Shown here: piece after piece, positions 59,226 to 64,000 of the stretch
Numbering within the stretch: position 1 is the first letter of the stretch
Layout of the letters: the number at the start of each line of letters is the position of its first letter
Source: Myxococcota bacterium
GTDB lineage: Bacteria > Myxococcota_A > SURF-8
Direction: 5' to 3'
Assembly (NCBI GenBank): GCA_963674735.2
Contig: CAXXQS010000001.1
Span: 2,464,001 to 2,528,000, forward strand
DNA length: 64,000 nucleotides
Notes under the pieces: generated by a model
Databases searched by the model: none
What the model saw: the letters and a program-made list of their open reading frames with translations, nothing else
Told to the model about the DNA's origin: nothing
Translations under genes and position numbers: made by a program

Positions 59226-60677
59226 TCAATTCGAAATCAACCCGATGCGGTCCAGGCCCGCCGTGTGCCCGGCGGTCTGCGTCCCAACCACCTCAACGGT
59301 CAGCGTGTGAGCACCGGCCTTCAGGCAAATCGGTTGAAATGACTGCGTTTTTTTGCAGACGGCATAAGGAGGCGCGCAAATGCGATCCAGGTTAACCTCG
59401 GTTTTGCCGAAGTCATAGGACAGCGGATCGGCCAGATCGTCCACATACACCTCAACCAAGCCCCAACCATCCGCTCCGGCAGCGAAATCGAGGTTGAACG
59501 CATAGTCCCAATCGGCCGCGATCGTAAAAGCAGCGACGATTTTCTCGCCGATGCCTTCCGCATCCAGGTGCACATAACTATCACCACTCAAGGTGGACCC
59601 TTCGGTGAGAGTGGCAATCGACGCATTGGCCGAGCTTTGCGCAGACAGGAAAACGCCGGCCGTCTCGGCCTCGAAGGTTCGGAAAAGATTCGGATCTTCC
59701 GTCCCACAGGGGATCTCTTCTTCGGCTTCCGCCTCAGTGACGTCGATATCCCCATCCGTCTCGTCTATATCGCCGTCGCTGTCTCCATCCGCATCGTCTC
59801 CATCCGCATCGCCATCCGGGCTTTCTTCTTCGACTTCCGCATCACCATCAACCCCTTCGAGATCACCATCGCCGTCTCCGTCTGCCTCGTCCACGTCACC
59901 ATCGGAATCGTCATCTTGCGGGCCGATGTCGGTTCCTCCGATACTGAGTAGAACTTGCGGATCATTCGAGTCCGAGTCACATCCGATAGAGAAATCCAAT
60001 CGATTGCCAAGCGACAAATCGGCGGAAAACAGGAAATCTCGCTGAACTTCCTTGGTTTCACTGATCTTTTCAGTCAGACGGACCAACAGTTGCGGAGTCT
60101 GGTTGGTGGGATCGGCCCAATAAAACACTTCACGACCCACCCGCAGAATATCGGCGGTGAGAAGCCGCGAAAGGATAGGCTGGCTGGTCTCGGCGTCTAT
60201 GCGCGTGGCATCGAACACCTCCATTCCAGTGTAAAGGCGGCAAGGTTCCCCCGAAGTGAACACCAAAGTGGTGGGAATCTTATCGAGCAAGAGCACCGGT
60301 TTGGACGATGCTTCATCACAAACAGCCGTAAAGGCCAAGCTTTCTCCCAGCGATTTCGACAGGTTCACGCTATAGGGAAATTGCTTCAACTCACCCCCGA
60401 CCTGACGGGCAAGCTGGATCTCCGTCACAAACTCACCTTCCGGCATCCCCACCCAGTGCTGCACCACATTCTCACCTTCGAAAGTGGCGGCAAAAGATTT
60501 ATCATAGGGTTTTCCCGCTAAAACCACATACCCGGTCACATCCGGGCAAGAGGCGTCACGCGTGAAGGTTACGGTCATGTCAATATCGCCGGGATCGACA
60601 TCGTAGGAGAGCACACAGGCGGTCACGATGGCCATCACACAAACCAAAACACCGGCAAGGCAAAGATTTCGCAACAT
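59226..60677 (-). CDS. Lipoprotein with duplicated N-terminal domain, DGD-rich linker and C-terminal CBM6/35-like beta-sandwich
   Basis: AAGGAGG RBS, lipobox VTAC, DGD linker 59742-59915, FEAE...SGDSYV...AGAHTLTV...GLD. Confidence 0.72.
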   Translation of the reverse strand: MLRNLCLAGVLVCVMAIVTACVLSYDVDPGDIDMTVTFTRDASCPDVTGYVVLAGKPYDKSFAATFEGENVVQHWVGMPEGEFVTEIQLARQVGGELKQFPYSVNLSKSLGESLAFTAVCDEASSKPVLLLDKIPTTLVFTSGEPCRLYTGMEVFDATRIDAETSQPILSRLLTADILRVGREVFYWADPTNQTPQLLVRLTEKISETKEVQRDFLFSADLSLGNRLDFSIGCDSDSNDPQVLLSIGGTDIGPQDDDSDGDVDEADGDGDGDLEGVDGDAEVEEESPDGDADGDDADGDSDGDIDETDGDIDVTEAEAEEEIPCGTEDPNLFRTFEAETAGVFLSAQSSANASIATLTEGSTLSGDSYVHLDAEGIGEKIVAAFTIAADWDYAFNLDFAAGADGWGLVEVYVDDLADPLSYDFGKTEVNLDRICAPPYAVCKKTQSFQPICLKAGAHTLTVEVVGTQTAGHTAGLDRIGLISN

Positions 60678-60687
60678 GATCGCCTCC

Positions 60688-61299
60688 TTAATACCGGACC
60701 ATAACCGACGCCCCAACGGGATACGCCGCCGGTGCAGGCATAATGGTAAAACGATCGAGAGGCTTTTCGCCGATATCCAGACCGTCGAGAATAAACAAGA
60801 CCACCGATCCGGCCAAAACCGCGCCGCCGGAGATCCACATCGCGGTAGCCAAGGTGGCCATCTGGTCGGCGTCGTCGCGCAGGCTTTTGTCGATAAACGC
60901 CTCCTCGGCATATTTTTTGTTGTAATCGTCCCGTTTTTGCCCGGCCATCACGCCGAATGCGACGCCCGTTCCGGCCAAGCCGGTCCCGACCCCCAGCAAC
61001 ACCCACTTGCTGATCTCATAGCCGAGATTTTCGTTGTCGGCTGCTTTCGCCACGTTTTGAGCCGGTGCTTTTTCATCGGCGTCCGACTGAGCCAGCCGAA
61101 CTCCGACCGGTGAAACCGCAATCGGGTCTGCCTGTGAAGGCATATTTCGCGAGTCCTCAGACGTTACCGTAAGATCGACGGCTTTAGCTTCCGAAGCCGG
61201 GGGAACCACCGGATCGGCAGGCGAAGCGGCGGGCGGCTCCGCCCATAAGAGAGACGGCCACAGGCCGACCAACAGACTCCACAATATCCATCGTCGCAT
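60688..61299 (-). CDS. Exported protein with Pro/Ala linker and two Gly-rich hydrophobic helices
   Basis: Signal peptide; GVGTGLAGTGVAFG and ISGGAVLAGSVVLF; ends ...SVMVRY, like the C-termini of myxobacterial PEGA/TPR proteins. Confidence 0.7.
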   Translation of the reverse strand: MRRWILWSLLVGLWPSLLWAEPPAASPADPVVPPASEAKAVDLTVTSEDSRNMPSQADPIAVSPVGVRLAQSDADEKAPAQNVAKAADNENLGYEISKWVLLGVGTGLAGTGVAFGVMAGQKRDDYNKKYAEEAFIDKSLRDDADQMATLATAMWISGGAVLAGSVVLFILDGLDIGEKPLDRFTIMPAPAAYPVGASVMVRY

Positions 61300-61479
61300 T
61301 TTCTTGTCTCCCCGATTGAAATCAGCGTCAATAAGTTAGCGGCAGGAGCGCCCGCTTGTCAAGCAAGGCCTCACAAAGCTCTCGACTTTTATCCCCGTTG
61401 GTGCGGCACGGGATAAAAGATTTGGCGGAAACAACGGTCCTTAGTACAATGCCGCTTATTCCAGCCTAGGAGTTACGGA

Positions 61480-63390
61480 ATGTCGCGTTTGACCGAATCT
61501 TTTGCCGCACGACTCGCAGCTCCGGTCGCCTGGCCGCTGCTGACCGGCCTCGTGTGCCTGCTGTCGTACATTCTGATTTCGGCCAAGGGCATCACCTGGG
61601 GCGATTCACCCGAAGTGGCCCAAGCCGTCTACGGCTTGGGGGTGATGCATCCCACCGGCTACCCGCTTTTCACCCTGGTCAACAAAGTCTTGATCAGCCT
61701 GCTGTTTTTCATCGAGGATCCGGCGCAGCGGCTCAACTACGTGGTGGGAGCCTGGGGAGCCGCAGCCGTGGTTCTGCTGGCTCTGAGCGTACAGACGCTC
61801 CTGCGACATCTCGACCGTGAACACGACGAACTGCGCCCCTGTCATCGCGGAGCCGGTGTGTTGACCGGCTTGTTGTACGGCCTCTCCTATTCGTTCATGG
61901 AACAGGCGCGCATCGCGGAAGTTTACACCTTTCATGTCTTTCTGGTGGCTTTGACTCTTTATATCTGGTTGCGCTTCGTCATCGAACACGAACGCAAGTG
62001 GGTTCTCTGGGCGGCTTTAACGATGGGACTGGGGCTGGCGCACCACCTGACCATCACCCATCTATTTCCAGCCGCACTGCTGCTTCTGCTCGTACTCGAT
62101 CGACGTTTTTTTCTCACTCGCCGTTTCCCCCTGGCCCTGTTGATCGGTGTGGCTCCGCTTCTCTTCTATCTCTATCTGCCCATTGCCGACCAAACGACGA
62201 AAGCCTTCCCCTGGGGCGGAACCAGCGAATGGGGCAACTTCCGCTACCACGTCACCGGTCAACACTACCACCACTTCCTGTTTGAGTCGGCCGCAACCTT
62301 CTGGAATCATCTGTCACGATTACCCGAACAAATCGCCACCCAGCTACAGTGGGGAGGAATGCTTTTTCTCGTACTCGGTTTCGGCATTTTGTCTCGCCGA
62401 TGCGCCCCTTATGCCGGGTTCCTGGCTTTGTATCTGGCCGCCGGACTGGCCCACGCGATGGGCTACAACGTCGGCGATTACCGCGTCTACCTGTGCGCCC
62501 CGTTCTACGTCATCAGCCTGATTGCCGGTGTCGGTCTGGGCTGGTTTCTGGGAAGCGCCCTGCCCCGCTGGTTGACTTCCAAGCGCATATTGATCGCGAC
62601 TCGGATATCCGTCTATGTCGTCGTCTTGTCGGCTATTTTCGGACAAGCCGCGGTTGACGGATATGCTTTCGCAAGCAAACCGGCCTTCGTCCCGGCCATG
62701 GCGGAACAGATGGCCAAGACGGTCCCCGCAGGCGGTCTGTTGCTCATGCCGCCGGGCACCCGCTGCTATGCCTCCTGGTATACACAGAACGTGCGCGGTA
62801 TCGGGAAAGGCTTTGCGGCCATCAACCTGGCCCGTGTCCGCAACCCCTGGTATACCGATTACCTCAAACGCAATTGGCCTTATGTGGATCTGCCCAACAT
62901 TCCCAACCAGCGTCGGGTTCTTTTAGCCGCGCTGAAAAAATACGTAGGCCGACGCCCCGTCTTTACCAAAGATCTTTTCACCCGCGATCAGCGCCTGCCG
63001 AGCAGCCTGCAGCTCGTCAACCGCGGATTCGCTTCTGAAGTTATCCCATCTGACAACGCCGCCCCCGCAGTAGTCATGATTCGTGAAAGCTATCTTACCG
63101 ACCGGATAAGTAAACAAACTTCGGGTCTACCTCGCATGACCTTCGCCTCCGACGAACGCATCTTTTTAGTGGTTAGCTGGAAAGCCAGAAAACGGCGCGT
63201 AGGCGAACTGCGCTGGATCGCTCCCGATGGTTCGGTTCAACAACGACGAAACCTGGATATCGCCAAAAACACCAGGCGCTCCTGGTTTTCTCTCACGACC
63301 AACACGCGCCATCCAGAGGGTGATTGGCGTGTTCAAATCGTCCTCGATGAAACCTTGGCCTTGGAACTGCCGTTTGTTGTGAGGGATTGA
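61480..63390 (+). CDS. DUF2723 (TMEM260-like) membrane glycosyltransferase
   Basis: WGDSPE...LGVMHPTGYPLF, AEVY, GLAHH and YLYLP; soluble C-terminal Ig-like domain. Confidence 0.85.
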   Translation: MSRLTESFAARLAAPVAWPLLTGLVCLLSYILISAKGITWGDSPEVAQAVYGLGVMHPTGYPLFTLVNKVLISLLFFIEDPAQRLNYVVGAWGAAAVVLLALSVQTLLRHLDREHDELRPCHRGAGVLTGLLYGLSYSFMEQARIAEVYTFHVFLVALTLYIWLRFVIEHERKWVLWAALTMGLGLAHHLTITHLFPAALLLLLVLDRRFFLTRRFPLALLIGVAPLLFYLYLPIADQTTKAFPWGGTSEWGNFRYHVTGQHYHHFLFESAATFWNHLSRLPEQIATQLQWGGMLFLVLGFGILSRRCAPYAGFLALYLAAGLAHAMGYNVGDYRVYLCAPFYVISLIAGVGLGWFLGSALPRWLTSKRILIATRISVYVVVLSAIFGQAAVDGYAFASKPAFVPAMAEQMAKTVPAGGLLLMPPGTRCYASWYTQNVRGIGKGFAAINLARVRNPWYTDYLKRNWPYVDLPNIPNQRRVLLAALKKYVGRRPVFTKDLFTRDQRLPSSLQLVNRGFASEVIPSDNAAPAVVMIRESYLTDRISKQTSGLPRMTFASDERIFLVVSWKARKRRVGELRWIAPDGSVQQRRNLDIAKNTRRSWFSLTTNTRHPEGDWRVQIVLDETLALELPFVVRD

Positions 63391-63398
63391 GAAACGCG

Positions 63399-64000
63399 TC
63401 ACACCACCCGGATCGCCGTCCAACGCCCGCCGATGAAGCGGATGATCATCAGACAGCCAAGCAGGATGATGAAGACCAGAGCGGCGATCCATGCACCGAT
63501 GACCCCATAGCCCAGCCATTTGCCGAGAATGAAGGTAAGCGGGATAAACACCACCCAAGCGGACACCAACTGAACGATCAGGGGATAGCGCGTATCGCCC
63601 GCTCCGCGCAAAACGCCGCTGGTAGTGATGCCCAAAGCATCGAAGATCTGGAAAAAAGCGGCGATGAACAAAAGCTTGCGGCCCAACTCGATCACAGCCG
63701 GATCGACGGTGAACAGTCCCACCAGAAAACGACCGGAAAAGGCGAACACAAAGCCCACCAACGCCATAAACGCCACTCCCCAGAAAATGCTCAGACGCGC
63801 CGAGCGCTTGGCCAGCGGGATCGATTCGGCCCCCAGATACTGGCCCACCAGAGTCATCGCCGCGATGGAAACGGCCACCGTCGGCATGAAGGCGAAGTGC
63901 AGGCATTGCCACACAATGGTATGGGCCGCCAGCCCGGCCGGATCGATGGACGCGATGTAGATGGTCATCAGCGACCAGGCCAGCATTTCGACGAACCAGG
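63399..64000 (-). CDS. MATE-family efflux transporter (5' partial)
   Basis: LAAHTI, TLVGQYLGA and GVLRGAGDT; frame open at the window edge. Confidence 0.9.
   Translation of the reverse strand, partial: WFVEMLAWSLMTIYIASIDPAGLAAHTIVWQCLHFAFMPTVAVSIAAMTLVGQYLGAESIPLAKRSARLSIFWGVAFMALVGFVFAFSGRFLVGLFTVDPAVIELGRKLLFIAAFFQIFDALGITTSGVLRGAGDTRYPLIVQLVSAWVVFIPLTFILGKWLGYGVIGAWIAALVFIILLGCLMIIRFIGGRWTAIRVV

Noticed and set aside
60678-60911. Extended start of the 59226 lipoprotein
   Set aside because: It overlaps the upstream gene; the RBS and signal peptide identify ATG 60677.
1-64000. Mobile elements, prophage, defence systems, tRNA/rRNA, or recoding (frameshift, selenocysteine)
   Set aside because: No transposase, integrase or phage motifs and no tRNA-like arms seen by eye; recognised genes are intact without internal stops. 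A tRNAscan/Infernal run would be needed to be certain.

Overview
A GC-rich bacterial chromosomal window of about 50 genes. I found no mobile element, CRISPR array, rRNA or tRNA. Gene content suggests a deltaproteobacterial/Myxococcota-like organism (inference from the tandem PilZ protein, the zinc-ribbon/GYF/TPR protein and many Cys-rich lipoproteins). Housekeeping blocks are carA-carB, grpE-dnaK-dnaJ, gatCAB, glpK plus thiolase, an amgK/murU-like pair, and zapA-6S RNA-rny-ymdB-tyrS. There is also a glycogen cluster with three GH57 enzymes, DUF4912, glgA and glgC, with a PAS/GAF histidine kinase and a stand-alone receiver overlapping into it between glgA and glgC. The least explained signals are: (1) acidic Cys-rich surface lipoproteins with DGD(DP) linkers, two of which carry five copies of a 10-Cys module containing a defensin-like CxxxC...GxC...CxC pattern; (2) an intergenic module at about 4570-5060 with a perfect palindrome, two sigma54-like promoters, a 60-aa basic ORF and a structured sRNA candidate; (3) the two-component system embedded in the GH57-only glycogen cluster; (4) a very small tetraheme c-type cytochrome lipoprotein. 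All calls come from reading motifs by eye; no database searches were run.
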